Shown in pieces: positions 56,886 through 57,494 of a stretch of DNA of 57,494 bases. The notes beneath the pieces are model-generated. The model was not told the origin of the DNA. It did not search any database and saw only the letters and a program-made list of their open reading frames with translations. The translations under genes and the position numbers were made by a program. How positions within the stretch are numbered: position 1 is the first letter of the stretch; every line of letters begins with the position of its first letter. Source of the DNA: Candidatus Gastranaerophilales bacterium (GTDB lineage: Bacteria; Cyanobacteriota; Vampirovibrionia; Gastranaerophilales; Gastranaerophilaceae); contig CALUPN010000001.1 in assembly GCA_944322625.1 (NCBI GenBank), positions 1-57,494 of the forward strand, written 5' to 3'.

Positions 56886-57059
56886 TTACTTAAAAGATTC
56901 GTAATATGCTTCTAACTCCGCATCGCCACATACCCAGCAATAATAACCTATACTTTCATAATATTCTTTTTTTGCTTCGATTGTTTCACCTGGTGCGATG
57001 TGAACTTCGAAAGACATGCAGCCGTAACATCTGTTCCATACCATCAAATGTTTTTTCAT
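56886..57059 (-). CDS. 57-aa early protein (MKKHLMVWNRCYGC...)
   Basis: Manual translation; promoter 57093-57121 and AGGAAGGA RBS. Confidence 0.6.
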   Translation of the reverse strand: MKKHLMVWNRCYGCMSFEVHIAPGETIEAKKEYYESIGYYCWVCGDAELEAYYESFK

Positions 57060-57140
57060 TTTATTATCATCCTTCCTTCATTTTGTAATTATATTATACC
57101 AGATTATACCAAAATAGTCAATAGTTTTATAAAAAATTTT

Positions 57141-57335
57141 TTAATTTTCAGCAATTCCAACGGATCCAACAATTAATCCAATCATCAAGCCTATAATTAA
57201 TATCTGTGATCCGTTGAAGTTGTTTATATTTTCACCTATCAAGTATACTACAACAGTGCAAGTTGTTAGCGTAGCGATTTTTTTTAATAATAATTTAACT
57301 GATTTTTTTAATCTTAACACTTTTCTTTTTTTCAT
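57141..57335 (-). CDS. Early small membrane protein
   Basis: Two TM segments; promoter 57363-57391. Confidence 0.65.
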   Translation of the reverse strand: MKKRKVLRLKKSVKLLLKKIATLTTCTVVVYLIGENINNFNGSQILIIGLMIGLIVGSVGIAEN

Positions 57336-57494
57336 TTTAATACCATCCTTTACTATAATAATAGTATAGCATAATATATAATAATAGTCAATAATAAATC
57401 GCTATTTTTTTAAGGTGGGGGGGGGGGTATATATAGAGAGATTGCCTATTTTATATTATATTTTATAAAATAAATTTTATTTTTTTGTTTTTGA

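Overview
The window is a complete, circularly assembled genome (~57.4 kb, strongly AT-rich, genetic code 11) of a tailed siphovirus-type phage. The host is probably a low-GC Firmicute/Bacilli; this is inferred from sigma-A promoters, the M23 endolysin and an AgrB-like gene. The first and last 77 nt are identical, which is an assembly overlap. The + strand carries accessory genes, a tRNA cluster, terminase, head, tail and lysis genes and an agr-like locus. The - strand carries a Cys-rich module of unknown function, recombination and replication genes, methyltransferases and many early ORFs driven by a repeated TTGACT promoter. No integrase was recognised. The strongest candidate new systems are: (1) a promoter-driven array of five structured RNAs with a shared covarying stem and tRNA-mimic inserts, directly upstream of a 673-aa TerD-like protein; (2) a membrane/AgrB/HTH fusion gene with a nested out-of-frame AgrD-like peptide; (3) a DNA polymerase in pieces, with an apparent ACT-TA-ACT stop-hop; (4) a small RNA complementary to several phage translation-initiation regions. 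All product calls come from motif recognition by eye, not from database searches.
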